Source: Octopus vulgaris
Taxonomy: Eukaryota
Assembly (NCBI GenBank): GCA_951406725.2
Contig: OX597829.1
Location: 19,034,001 to 19,098,000, forward strand
Length of the DNA: 64,000 bases
Direction: 5' to 3'
Below the pieces are notes generated by a model, which did not search any database, was not told the DNA's origin, and saw nothing but the letters and a program-made list of their open reading frames with translations. A program made the position numbers and the translations under genes. How positions within the stretch are numbered: position 1 is the first letter of the stretch; every line of letters starts with the position of its first letter. Of the stretch, positions 1-12,736 are shown piece by piece.

Positions 1-480
1 TCATCGTCGTTTAACGTCCGCTTTCCATGCTAGCATGGGTTGGACCGTTCAACTGGGGTCTGGGGAGCCCAAAGGCTGCACCAGGCCAGTCAGATCTGGC
101 AGTGTTTCTACAGCTGGATGCCCTTCCTAACGCCAACCACTCCGAGAGTGTAGTGGGTGATTTTATGTGCCACCGACACAGGTGCCAGACGAGGCTGGTG
201 AACGGCCACACTCGGATGGTGTTTTTTATGTGCCACCGACACAGGTGCCAGACGAGGCTGGCAGACGGCCACGCTCAGATGGTGTTTTTTATGTGCCACC
301 GACACAGGTGCCAGACGAGGCTGGCGAACGGCCACGATCGGATGGTGTTTGTTACGTGCCCACAGCACGGAGGCCAGTCGATGCGGTACTGGCTACGGCC
401 ATGTTCGGATGGTTTTTCTTATGTGCCATCGGCACTGGTACCACAAAGATACAAATTCCATTGATGTTCATCTATTTTGA
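1..480 (-). mobile_element. RTE-LINE 3' end with tandem 63-bp unit array
   Basis: Matches the 3'UTR and (GAT)n tail of the RTE at 30306-33029; ATGTGCCACC-type unit starts at 165, 228, 291, 354, 421. Confidence 0.85.
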
Positions 481-525
481 TTTGGTTGAAATATATATAA
501 ATATATATTTATATGTATGTATGTA

Positions 526-563
<38 letters not shown>

Positions 564-883
564 CCCATAAACCAGCCTACTTCACTATAATATGTATATA
601 AATATATAAATATAAATACACACACGCATGCACGCACACACGCATACACACACACACACACGTACTTGTGTGTGTGTCTGTGTTTGTTCTTCCCACCACC
701 ATCACTTGACAACAGATGTTGGTGTGTTTATGCCCCCTAACTTAGTAGTTTTGCAAAAGAGACCAATTGAATAAGTACTAGGCTCACAAAGAACAAGTCC
801 TGGAGTCGATTTCTTCAACTATAAACCTTTAAGGCAGTGCTCCAGCATGGCCACAGTGAAATGACTGAAACAAGTGAAAAAGC

Positions 884-1040
884 AGGAGTGGCTGTGTGGT
901 AAGTAGTTTGCTTATCAACCACATGGTTCCAGGTTCAGTCCCACTGCGTGGCATCTTGGGCAAGTGTCTTCTGCTATAGCCCCGGGCTGACCAATGCCTT
1001 GTGAGTGGATTTGGTAGACGGAAACTGAAAGAAGCCTGTC

Positions 1041-1083
<43 letters not shown>

Positions 1084-1295
1084 CGTGTGTGTGTGTTTGT
1101 CCCCCTAGCATTGCTTGGCAACCGATGCTGGTGTGTTTACGTCCCCGTCACTTAGCGGTTCGGCAAAAGAGACCGAAAGAATAAGTACTGGGCTTACAAA
1201 GAATAAGTCCCGGGGTCGAATTGCTCGACTAAAGGCAGTGCTCCAGCATGGCTGCAGTCAAATGACTGAAACAAGTAAAAGAGAGTAAAAGAGTA
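884..1295 (+). mobile_element. tRNA-derived SINE family A (CORE-like), full length, with internal microsatellite
   Basis: A box TGGCTGTGTGG, B box GGTTCAGTCCC, CTTGGGCAAGT segment, internal (TA)n(TG)n, tail ATGACTGAAACAAGTAAAAGAG; more than 20 copies in the window. Confidence 0.9.
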
Positions 1296-1305
1296 AAATA
1301 TATAC

Positions 1306-1485
1306 AATAACGATTTTTTTACCAACCTAATGTTGGCAGTCCCATTTTGGCCCCAGGAGACATCATCTCCAGCTGGCTATACGACGTTGTATAGCCAGCT
1401 GGAGATGATGTCTCCTGGAGCTAAACAACAGTAGCATTTGCCCTAAAATGGGGCTGCCACATTAGGGTGGCAAAAAATTGTTATT
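1306..1485. repeat. Fold-back palindromic element, related to 11233-11567
   Basis: CCAGGAGACATCATCTCCAGCTGGCTATAC and its reverse complement flank a centre near 1385; outer arms imperfect. Confidence 0.8.
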
Positions 1486-1556
1486 TCAAAGTGGTGCTAC
1501 TCTCTTTGAGAGATTTAGGAACAACAGTGTTTCTATTTTAAAGAATATATATATAG

Positions 1557-1965
1557 GTGTAGGAGTGGCTGTGTGGTAAGTAGCTTGCTTACGAACCACG
1601 GGTTCGGTCCCACTGTGTGGCACCTTGGGCAAGTGTCTTATACTATAGCCTCGGGCCGACCAAAGCCTTGTGAGTGGATTTGGTAGACGGAAACTGAAAG
1701 AAGCCTGTCGTATATATGTATATATATATATATGTGTATGTGCATGTATATGTTTATGTGTCTGTGATTGTCCCCCCAACGTTGCTTGACAACTGATGCT
1801 GGTGTGTTTACGTCCCCATAACTTAGCGGTTCGGCAAAAGAGACCGATAGAATAAGTACTAGGCTTACAAAGAATAAGTCCTGGGGTCGATTTGCTCGAC
1901 TAAAGGCGGTGCTCCAGCATGGCCGCAGTCAAATGACTAAAATAACGAAAAGAAAAGAAAGAAAA
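1557..1965 (+). mobile_element. SINE family A, full length
   Basis: Same head, body and tail as 884-1295. Confidence 0.9.
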
Positions 1966-2181
1966 AAATATATATATATCTAAATTTATATATATACATA
2001 TATATATAAAATTAAGTCACTTTATATGGATTCAAGTAATTTGGGAGTACTCATAAAAAAGTTCCTTAATGTATCATAATACAAAACATATAGAATATAT
2101 AATATGTTAAGAGAGAAAATTATAAGGAGTGTATAACGTCATAAATGACAGAGGAATACTTTGTTGAAATTTTATTTTTAC

Positions 2182-2555
2182 AGGCATGGCTCTGTGGTAA
2201 GAAGCTTGCTTACCAGCCACATGTTTCCGGGTTCAGTTCCACTGTGTGGCACCTTGGGCAAGTGTCTTCTACTATAGCCTCAAGCCGACCAAAGCCTTGT
2301 ATGTGGATTTGGTAGATGGAAACTGAAAGAAGTCCATCGTATGTGTGTGTGTGTGTGTCTGTGTCTGTGTTTGTCTGCCGCCATTGCTTGACAACCAATG
2401 CTGGTGTGTTTATGTACCTGTAACTTAGCGGTTCAGCAAAAGAGTCCAACAGACTAAGTACTAGGCATACAAAGAATAAGTCCTGGGATCAATTAGTTTG
2501 ACTAAAGGGGGTGCTCCAGCATGGCCACAATGAAATGACTGAAACAAATGAAAAA
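2182..2555 (+). mobile_element. SINE family A, full length
   Basis: Same head, body and tail as 884-1295. Confidence 0.88.
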
Positions 2556-2845
2556 AAAAGAATAATTAACAAATTTTTAATAGATTGAGAATTTAGTATT
2601 TAACAAAACTTTTTTTTACCTGAAGATATAGCTTAAATTTTGCATTGTTTTAAAGGTTTTTTTTGGCATTTTACATTAATGCAGGCATGTAATTAATTTA
2701 TTTATCATTAAATATAATAATATAAATTATTTACATGCTTTTAAGTTACAAAACAATTTGTTGTGATATTAGAATTCTCTGATTGTTAGACAAAATTTCA
2801 CCAACCTATATCTCTGTCATTTATGACTTTACATATATATATATA

Positions 2846-2911
<66 letters not shown>

Positions 2912-3502
2912 AGATAAGAAAATGGAGAAATACATCTAAATCAAATATCAATTACCAGATAATACTCAATCACATACTTTATTAAACCACCACATAAGAG
3001 TCTGTAGGGTTAGATATAAAAAGCAGAACAAATCAGTGTACATAAAGGAATGTCCATAAAAAAGTGTACATAAAAAAGTAATGTTGTATAATAAGTAGAA
3101 TATATATAAAAGAGAATATAAATATAAGAAAATATAAAAATATAAGTATAGATTACATCTTACAGCTGCTTCGGCCATGTAGATAAGTATGTCTCATTTT
3201 ACCAATATTAGCCCTTTATGGTAGGTCAATATATAGATATAAATGAGACATTTACAAAAATATACTTAAAAGGTAAATTAGTCATGACAGAGGTGAAAAT
3301 AATCAGTGTTTCATAAATAATGTTTTGAGACATACTGGAGTGAAAGTTAGTTGAACATAAGACTTGAGGTCAAGGCTAAGAGACTGTATAAAGTAGTGGT
3401 TTTGAAGCATCTTTTTTTATATGTGGTCCTCTTTGGTTCTTATTTTATTCTTGTGTACCCCTGTTTTCATTTGATGTTTAAGATCTAGTTCTCTCTCTAT
3501 TT

Positions 3503-3868
3503 TCTTTTACTTGCTTCAGTCATTTGACTGTGGCCATGCTTGAGCACCGCACCGCCTTTAGTCGAACTAATCGACCCCAGGACTTATTCTTTGTAAGCCT
3601 AGTACTTATTCTATCAGTGTCTCTTTTGCCGAACCGTTAAGTTACGGGGATGTAGACACACCAGCATCAGTTGTCAAGCGATATCAGGTGGCAAACACAG
3701 ACACACAAGCATATACACACACACATACACACACACACACACATGTATATATATATATACATATATATGATGGGCTTCTTTCAGTTTCTGTCTACCAAAT
3801 CCACTCACAAGTCTTTGGTCAGCCTGAGGTTATAGTTAGAAGACACTTGCCCAAGGTGCCATGCAGTG
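3503..3868 (-). mobile_element. SINE family A, 5'-truncated
   Basis: Reverse complement of the family A body and tail. Confidence 0.85.
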
Positions 3869-3931
3869 GCATACTTCTTTCAAAATCCTTATTTTGTTTT
3901 TCACATGTCCACTTGTGTAGGTTTGCTGTGC

Positions 3932-4090
3932 TCGCTAGCGTAGCTAGGGTGTTTGCCGCCCGGAGTGGCCCTTCTGTTTTTCACCCCTGGACCCCACAAA
4001 AAACGCACATTACCTACAGCAGACCCAAAAGTTCCACGCGGAGCAGACCACCCCCTACTGCCTCCATCCCACTCCTAGTTATGCTAGTGG
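3932..4090. mobile_element. Putative MITE
   Basis: Imperfect terminal inverted repeats CTAGCGTAGCTAGG / CCTAGTTATGCTAG. Confidence 0.5.
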
Positions 4091-4377
4091 CTGTGGCCCT
4101 CTCTGATGGAACACGTTTCAGTGACCAGAAACATGTTAAACTATATTAAACCTAGTTGTCTCTTGCAATAAGTGCTTCTAAAGCAAACTGCATTCATGGA
4201 CCCTTAGAATACTATTGTGAATGTCCAATTTACTATTTTGCTTGTGTGGACCTCCAGAATATTTATATGGACCTCCAGAGGTCATGTGGACTCCAGTTGA
4301 AAAAAACCGGTATAAAGTATAAAAGATTTGATAAAAAAAAAACAACAAAAGAAAAATTGTGTAAATTAAAAGGTCAA

Positions 4378-4850
4378 GTCATCATCATCATTTGACGTAT
4401 GTTGTCCATCCTGGCATGGGTTGGGCAGTTTGACCAAGGCTAGCAAGCTGCAGAGCTGCACCAGGCTCCAATTGTCTGTATTGGCTTGGTTTCTACAGCT
4501 GAATGCCCTTTCAAATGCCAAGCACTTTACAGAGTGTACCGGGTACTTTTACATGGTATCATACTAGCACTTTAACATAGCACCAGAATGAGTGCTTTTT
4601 ACATGGCAATAGCTCAGGACTCTTGCAGGCCAATCCTAATCACCAGGGAGTTGGGGACCAGCCCTTAACACTTTTGCTGTATAGGACGGGTCTTCTTGAA
4701 TATAGCAAGGCACCAGGTATCTCGGTCCTCTGTCATCTTGCATGAAGAGTTCAGTGTCTTCCTTCAGGTCGTCCTCCAGTACTTCGTCCCATGTCTTCTT
4801 GGGTCTCCCATTTCCACATGTTCCATCGACTTTGAGAGATTGGCATTTCT
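4378..4850 (-). mobile_element. Old RTE-LINE 3' fragment
   Basis: (ATC)n tail, degenerate UTR, and ORF-end sequence TCCCATGTCTTCTTGGGTCT homologous to about 31041-31060. Confidence 0.75.
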
Positions 4851-6949
4851 TGTATTTATTAAATGTTATATTTATATATTTAATATTAAATAATTAAGAA
4901 AGGAAATTTAAAAGTTTATTTTAAAAAACAGAAGGGCAATAAAAAGGAAAGAATAAATTATAACAAAGATGGACTTGACATGCTAGAAACTATACACGTC
5001 AAGGCAGAGATGAAGGGTTAATAAGGCAAAATAGAAATGAACGATCTTGTGAAAGCATTAAACTGCATCTCTTGTAGGGTTTCAGGGTTAGGGTAAGAGT
5101 TAGGAGTTCAGGAATCTTTGGGGAGTATAGTGCTACCCCTTAGTTGTCCCTACTCCCAGATTCACTATGGCCAGTACCATCTTAAGGCATGGGAACACTG
5201 AGCAGTTGCCTGAGGCCACATAGGTCTAGGGGCCAAATTATGATCTATGTATACTGTCAATAAATAAATACTATGGGACTGATGTATTGAATAGTGTTAA
5301 GGTGGCCCTGACTCTGGGCTCAGAATGGCACTACTTGTCAAGGGTCCTGGTTGCGGGCCAAATAGCAGGAGACGGTTGTGTGGTTATGACATAAAGAACT
5401 CAACACAGAGGTGACCCTTAAACAGAGTCAAAGGTCAGGAAGGCTGGAGACTAGTGGAATAAATGCCAAATAAACTAGCAAAAAGCAATGACAAACCACT
5501 ATTGTATGGTTTCCAAAGGGGAAAACAATTATGAATTTTCAGACTTTGGCATGGGAAGTCATGGCTGTTGATGTGTGTAAAACATATAGGACATATGCAG
5601 AGAAGGAGAGAGAGAGAGATTGTCATGGATGGAATGCTTTTGATCACAAGTCTGTTTTATCATGGTTTACTTAGAGCTAAACATTTAGCTTTTATCTTTT
5701 GCTTGTTTCAGTCATTTGACTGTGGCCATGCTGGAGAACTGCCTTAAGTGGGGTTTAATCAGGAAATACCTAAATGATAGTTAGTTGACTTGAAGCAAAT
5801 GGTAAGGCTTAAAATTGAAAATTAAATATAAAGTTTAAAAGGTTTGGGGAAGGAAAAAATTACTGTTTATAGGGTAAAACATAAATGAAAAGGAATGGTG
5901 CATTTATAGGCTACATTAAAGGTATCACATAATTAAGGACAGAAATTTTAAAGTTATATTTTGAAAAATAAGATATTAAAAGTATTATAAGAGAGGCAAT
6001 AAAAAAAAAGAGGAGAAAGATTAAATTTCTATTGTAATTGAAGTGATATAAATGGGTGAAGATAAAGATTAATTAGGGTTGTTATAAAAATGAGAGAGAG
6101 AGATTGTGAGGGATCATTATAAACACAGTAATGAGGATTATGTGAGGAAAGTTAAAATATTAATAGAGCATTAAAGGAGGCAGAGAGATAAAAACAGAAA
6201 TAGAAATAGGGTTAAATTACATATATATAAAAATAAGAAAAGGGCATTTGGGAATAAAAGGGAGATAACTGAAAAGCTTGAATAAAAAAAATAAATGCAA
6301 ATTAAAGTTAAATAAAATAAGTGAGGAATGATTATATAATTAAGTTAAAAGTCCTATATTAAAATGGGGGTAAAGATGGAATTTGATATGAGTAAAGTGA
6401 CTAATGGATGTAAACAATATAATTTAAAAGAATAAAAATTTTTGAATTTATTTAAAAAGGATGGAGTGGAAGCAGAATGTATGTGGGTCTGCTAAGTGAA
6501 TAAATATCATCATCATCATCATCATTTAATTTCCATTTACCATGCTGGCATGGGTTAGGCAATTTGACAGGAGCTGGCCAACCAAAAAACTGCACAAGGC
6601 TCAAATTGTCTGTTGTGGCATGGTTTCCATAGCCTGATGACCTTCCTAATGCCAACTACTTTACAGAGTGCATTGGGTGCTGTTTACATGGCACCAGCAC
6701 CAATACTTGTGTATAAATAAAATAAAATAAATGGACTGCAAAAGGAAATGTATTACAAGGTTTGTAAGTGGCAGTTGAATGGCTACTGCAATCTACAGGC
6801 TAATGTTCAAAGTAGACTAGACTTCAATATAAAGGAGTATTATAAAAGTAATAGTTCTAAGCTTTTAATATGATGCCACTAAACAAAATATGCATCAGAT
6901 ACTATATATGTATAAGAATTGAATTTGGAGGCCAATGAAAGGTTTAGTA

Positions 6950-7480
6950 CCTCAGTTTAAAAAGTTGATAGTCAGAGTGTGGTAAGTCAATGTGTAGGTC
7001 CTTTTATCTGTATTACAATGTTTGAGCTTAAAAGTATAGGTAAATTTTGGAGGACAATTTTCCTACTGTGTTTATTTATGATATTACCTTAATCAAATAT
7101 GTTCACCATAATTTCCATAATGTATAAATGACATGGTCTCTTGTTATGATATGACTTAGCTCCAGATATTATGTTCTCTTTGAGTGCATGGTTAATATGA
7201 TTCTCCTCTAACTTTCAAATAATTTCGGAGAGTGAAGTTTCATTTTTATTTTCTTTTAGGCTTCTGAATGTGTATGTGTGATTATTATAGAGCATTTTAA
7301 ATGAGGTGACAGTTAATCCTACATATTGTGTATGAGTTATTGAAATTTCATTGAAGTCATAAACTATTTATCTTTCTAGGCTTGTCATTTAAGGGTCTTT
7401 TACAATTACAGTTAATATTAAGGTCAAGGTTACCACTGATTTTCAACTATAATTCTTTTATATTGAATCTACGACACTAA
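6950..7480 (-). pseudogene. Highly degenerate Penelope-like GIY-YIG endonuclease remnant
   Basis: Minus-strand peptide pieces CNCKRPL, QYVGLTVTSFKMLYNNH and NETSLSEII resemble the PLE C-terminus; stops present. Confidence 0.5.
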
Positions 7481-7969
7481 AGACTGTTGCCCTAGTAACT
7501 TAAACTTCCTTGAATTTTTATACTTGTAATGCATTTTTCCATAATCTGTTCCACCTCACACTTTTCGCTCTAATATCATTAGGTTCTTCTCTCTCACTCT
7601 CCTGTCCTCTTTCATTATTTGTATATCTCTTTCTTTCTATGTAGATATTTTTCTTTCTAAATAAATCTGTTTTGAATTGAAGCCTACTGAAAACTTCTTG
7701 TTTATTCACACAATCCCCACTCACCTATCCACACATACTCTCTATATTCCAAAAGTTGCCATAGCTGCTTTCTATATCCATAAGGTCTCTCACCTGATCT
7801 TATTTTGTATTCATTCAATGAAGTCAATAAATTGAAGCATGCATCAGTTTATCAACAATCATTAAAAATGAATAAATGTAATATAGGACTCACACACTCA
7901 CACATGCACACACACACAAACACAAACACACACACACACATATGTATACATATACATATAAATATATGT

Positions 7970-8021
<52 letters not shown>

Positions 8022-8258
8022 ACATATATATATATGTGTGTATACATATACATACATACATACATACATGCATACATGCATACATACATATACACATATA
8101 TACACACACACATACACACACACATATACATATAGATTATAGCACAAGCATAATTCAAGGACTATGATACAAGGAAGTGTATTGTAACCAGTGATGTATA
8201 ACAACATCTGATAGCCTGGTTGATACAGTGATACCATGATACAGTGATATATATATAA

Positions 8259-8310
<52 letters not shown>

Positions 8311-8897
8311 TTTACATATACACTTACATATATATACGTGCATGTATATGTATATAATATACATACATACATAAACTCTGTGGTTGTTGCATGTTTTGGT
8401 TTTCATTTCCCAACCCCTCTTCATCTTACAGATCAATGCAACTACTTGCTTTCACTTCAGGAATGACCACTCCCACTCAGATGATATCTCATTCCATTCT
8501 TCTGGAATCCATAACTTTCTGCACCATAGCATTTATACACCCTCTCTCCAAACCTGCACTGATTTCATGAACAGATATCTTGGAAACATTTTTCAATGGG
8601 AATCATATCATACCAATCTAGATTCATTCAATAGTGCATTAACACTTTCATTACATATATCAAAAAAATACTGTGGTGCCTCCATCCCCATGTAAACATA
8701 GACATCATGAAACTATAACCCTCAAAGATATTGCATATTCTAAATCTTACTGTTATAGAGGATCTCTCCTGGAAAGCATGCATCTTCAGCATAACAATGA
8801 ATGTTCCACAAGGACTGATTTGCCTCTTCAAGGCTTGAAAATCCTTCACCATTATGTTGATGGCAGCGGCAGTGATGATAGTGGTGGCATATGGCAT

Positions 8898-9245
8898 CAC
8901 AATCATTAAACATCTATTTTCCATGCTGGCATGGGTTGGATGGTTTGACAAGAACTGGTCAGCCATTTGTCTGTCTTGGCATGGTTTCTATGGCTGGATG
9001 CCCTTTGTTATGCTAACCACTTCAGTGAGTGTACTGGGTGCTTTTTACATAGTGCCAGCATGGGTGCTTCTATGTGGCCCCCAGCGGAGGTGCTTTTGAA
9101 ATGGTACCAGCATGGGTGCATTTTACATGGCACAAGCTCACTCAGGTGCTCATGTGACACCACCATGAGTGCTTTTTTACATGGTACCAGTATGGGTGCT
9201 TTTTACATGGTACTGACATGGATGCTTTTTCATGTGGTACCATCA
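8898..9245 (-). mobile_element. Old RTE 3' end with about 26-bp short-unit array
   Basis: TTTCCATGCTGGCATGGGTTGGA tail motif followed by repeated TTTTACATGGTACCAGCATGGGTGC. Confidence 0.7.
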
Positions 9246-9335
9246 GTTCAGTTAATTTTAAAAAAAGTAAAAGATCAAAGGTCTTTCCAATGCCATAGAT
9301 TTATAAGGCTGGTTTCTTGGATTCTGTAGCATATA

Positions 9336-10743
9336 TTGGGTCTCCCATAACTAATGCGGTGTTTTCAACTGCATGAACTAAAAGTCAGAGGGGAATGGGA
9401 TAAACTATCTGCATCAACTTGCTATAAAAGCAGGTAGTAATTTTACCTTGTCTTTATTTTTAATACAAGTTTTGAAGAATGCAGTTCGATTTTAACAGTT
9501 ATTTTTTCAAAGCTATAATGGAAGTGACAAAGAAGCATATTCAGTATCATCATCATCACTTAACATCCGCTTTCCATACTGGCATGGGTTGGACAATTTG
9601 ACTAAGGCTGCACCAGGCTCAATCTGATCTCGCAAAGTTTTTACAGCTAGATGCCTTTTTTTACATGCCACCAGCACGAGGCCCAGTCAGGCAGTTCTGG
9701 CAACAACCATGCTCAAAGGGTGTTTTTATGTGCTACCTGCATGGGAGCTAGTCCGGTGGCACTGGCAACGACCATGCTTGAATGTTGTTTTTCACATGCC
9801 ACCAATACATGTGCCAGTAAGGCGACACTGGCAATGATCACACTTGAATGGTGCTTTTCACGTGTCACCAGCACAGGAGCCAATCCATGACCCTGGCAAC
9901 GATCATGCTCGAATGTGCTTTTAATGTTCCACTGGCACAAGTGCCAATCAGGTGGTACAGTCATCGGCCATGTCAGTAATTTTGATTTGTTTACTCTTGC
10001 CTCAATAGGTCTTCACAAGCAAAGTTCATTGTCCAATGAATGAGGGGTGAGTTCAATAAACACAACAATGCAATGGAAAGTGCAAGGAATATTAATGCAG
10101 TATATGGGGATTGGACAGTAAACATAAGCCAGTATCAATAGTGGTTCCAGAAATTCTGGGCCAGAAACTACAGCCTAGAAGACAAGTCGCATCATGGAAG
10201 ATTTGTAGAGCTCAATATGGATGTCCTGCGAACTCTGGTGGAACAAAATCCCATCATAGCAGTTGAGGAACTAGCAGAGAAGCTTGAATTTAGTCATTCA
10301 ATTGTTCATTGACACCTATGCCAGAAGAAAATCGACCATTTTTAGTTTCAAGATGAAAGGTGTTCTTCTATCAGGATAATGCTCAGCTACATACAGCAAG
10401 GACATTCCAAAGGCTGGAGCAGTTTGAATGGGAAATGATGCCCCACCCACCATATTCGCTGGACATTGCCCATCTTATTATCATTTATTCCGCAGTCTTC
10501 AAAATCATTTGGACGGAAAAAATATGAATTCTGTAGACGAGGTCAGAACAGCACTGGAGGAGTATTTTTCATCACAGACACGTGAATTTTGGAAGAGGGG
10601 CCTTGGAAGTCCACCTGATAGATGGAAGAGCATTGTAGAAAATGAAGGAGAGTATATTTTAGATTAAAAAAGATCTATGTTTATCTTTGTTTTGAAAAAT
10701 AAAAGAAGTATAAAAAAACTGCATTATTTATGGGATGACCCAA
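9336..10743 (+). mobile_element. Defective mariner DNA transposon, interrupted by an RTE fragment
   Basis: TIRs TTGGGTCTCCCATAACTAATGCGGT / ACTGCATTATTTATGGGATGACCCAA with TA flanks; transposase remnants QDNA, HPPYSLDIA, YHLFRSLQNHL, RWKSIVENEGEY. Confidence 0.9.
9546..10040 (-). mobile_element. RTE 3' end with about 65-bp unit array, nested in the mariner
   Basis: (ATC)n tail plus five degenerate ACATGCCACC-type units. Confidence 0.8.
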
Positions 10744-11232
10744 TATATTCTTCCCCTGACAGGATGCTGGTCCATTGCAGGATTAATTATTTTTACCAGT
10801 TGAGTGGATGGAGTGACATGAAAGTGAAGTATTTTCAGCACATCATCCAGTGTCAAAATTGACACCACAAACACGCAATCATGAGTGCTACACCCTTTTC
10901 TACTAAACCATGCACCTCCACAATTCAGTTGATAATCCCCTGCAAAAATAGTTCAGAAACCTCACAATACACCACAAGGGTATTGTGAGGTACACAATAC
11001 CCAACAATAGGGTACTGTTACCACTTCCGAGAGAAGCTGCTACACACAGATGTCTTGGATCACATCCACAGAAGGGTCATTCAGCCAAATAGAACAAAGT
11101 AGGATAGTTTGCTGTAAAACCATCAGGTATAATTAATTCAAAATCATTATCCTTCACTTGATAATTTTATAATCATCGAAAATTACTAAATGTAAATCTC
11201 TCAATGAGAGGTATTCAGCAACAGTACTTTGT

Positions 11233-11567
11233 AGTAAAGATTGTTTGCCAACATAACATGGCAGTCCTGGTTTAGGATGAATGTTGCTGTAATTTAGCCC
11301 CAGAAGACATCATCTCCAGCTGGCTATACAACATGATCTGTGTCCCTATACTTTCGAACAAGGGAATCTAGCACCCCTACTCAGCTCAAAAACAATACAC
11401 AGATATTGTTTTGTGCTGAATGGGGATGCTAGATTCCCTTGTTCGAAAATATAAGGACATAGATCATGTCATGTAGCCAGCTGGAGATGATGTCTTCTGA
11501 GGCTAAATTACAGCAACATTCATCCTAAACCAGGACTGCCGTGTTATGTTGGCAAACAATCTCTACT
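11233..11567. repeat. Fold-back element of about 335 bp (MITE-like)
   Basis: Arms of about 160 bp are reverse complements around AAAACAATACACAGATATTGTTTT. Confidence 0.88.
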
Positions 11568-11939
11568 CTATAATCATTGTCCATCACTTGATAATCTTAT
11601 TGTGAAGTAATTACTTTGTAAGACAACACTTCATTATACAAATTACATTGTTATGCAAATTTATTGTTATGCAATATAGTATGTTGGTAAGTTCGTCATT
11701 ATTCTTTTTTTTCATCTCATCTGCAGAGTAAATACATTACTAAGCATTATTTTAAGTTTTTATTCATGGTAAGGGTCTGTGACATTGTTTTCTCAAGTTT
11801 TGGAACTCACAGAGCCATTTCTCTGGTTTCCATGGCATATAAGTGACCAAAATCACAACATTCCCCCTCAACAGAATGCTGATCAACTGTAGGGTCATGC
11901 TTTTACAGCTGAGTAAAGGTAAAAATAAAAGTTATCATC

Positions 11940-12178
11940 TCAAGTCATGCCGACTCATAAAGACTGGTTTACCAGTTCCATGGCGAATAAGTTCCCCACC
12001 TGGATGGGATGCTAGTCCACCACAGGATTACTCATTTTTGCCGGCTGAGTGAACTGGAACAATGTGAAATGAAGTGTTTTGCTCAAGAACACAACATATA
12101 ACCTGGTCCAGGAATTGAAACCACAATCTAGCAATTGGAAGTGCAACAACTTTACCACTAGGCTACATGCCTTCACAG
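11940..12178 (-). mobile_element. tRNA-derived SINE family C (V-domain-like); other copies at about 10745-10925, 28375-28560, 28760-28920
   Basis: Head GTGAAGGCATGTAGCCTAGTGG...GGTTTCAATTCC and CCTGTGGTGGACTAGCATCCCATCCAGG segment; the V-domain label is from memory. Confidence 0.7.
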
Positions 12179-12701
12179 CTTTTATTCATAGAAAGAATAT
12201 ATTGCATTTTCTTCACAAAAGAAATGATATTCAAAGGTAACATCCCGCACCACCACCAAAAAAAAAAAAAGATGCTATCTTGTGATCATCTGGAAATTTT
12301 TAGAAGCCTTGAAAAAGCAACAATGATAAAACAAAATAGTAGTTGAACAGCATTTCATAAATTCTGCATTGCAATAAGAAATACAAAGATGGTATAGAGA
12401 GAATTTAATGCATTGTCAATGAATAGCAACATTGCATAATACTGAATTATTTAAGAGGCATTGCTCATAATTTGTCTTTTCAGTTTAAAGTGTTTATTCG
12501 TTCTTTCATTTTGAAATAATATTATCTTAAAACAGCATTATTTTGTGATTCTATTTTAGGAAGAAGCTTTGATTTGTTTTTCATATATTATAGGTGCATT
12601 GTCCAGTCCAGGAACTGTAACCACAATTTTAATATCATGTGTTCAACACCCTAACCACTAAGACACATGCCTCCACTTCTAGGTGAGTGAATGTCGTGTG
12701 C

Positions 12702-12729
<28 letters not shown>

Positions 12730-12736
<7 letters not shown>

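Noticed and set aside
884-960. tRNA gene-like A and B boxes
   Set aside because: SINE head with no complete cloverleaf, continuing into the SINE body in many copies
7805-8436. Many overlapping ORFs rich in Y/I/H/T/C/V (also at 20.2k, 27.4k, 33k, 38.9k, 45.1k, 53.6k)
   Set aside because: Translations of (TA)n, (CA)n and (TATG)n microsatellites that simply lack stop codons
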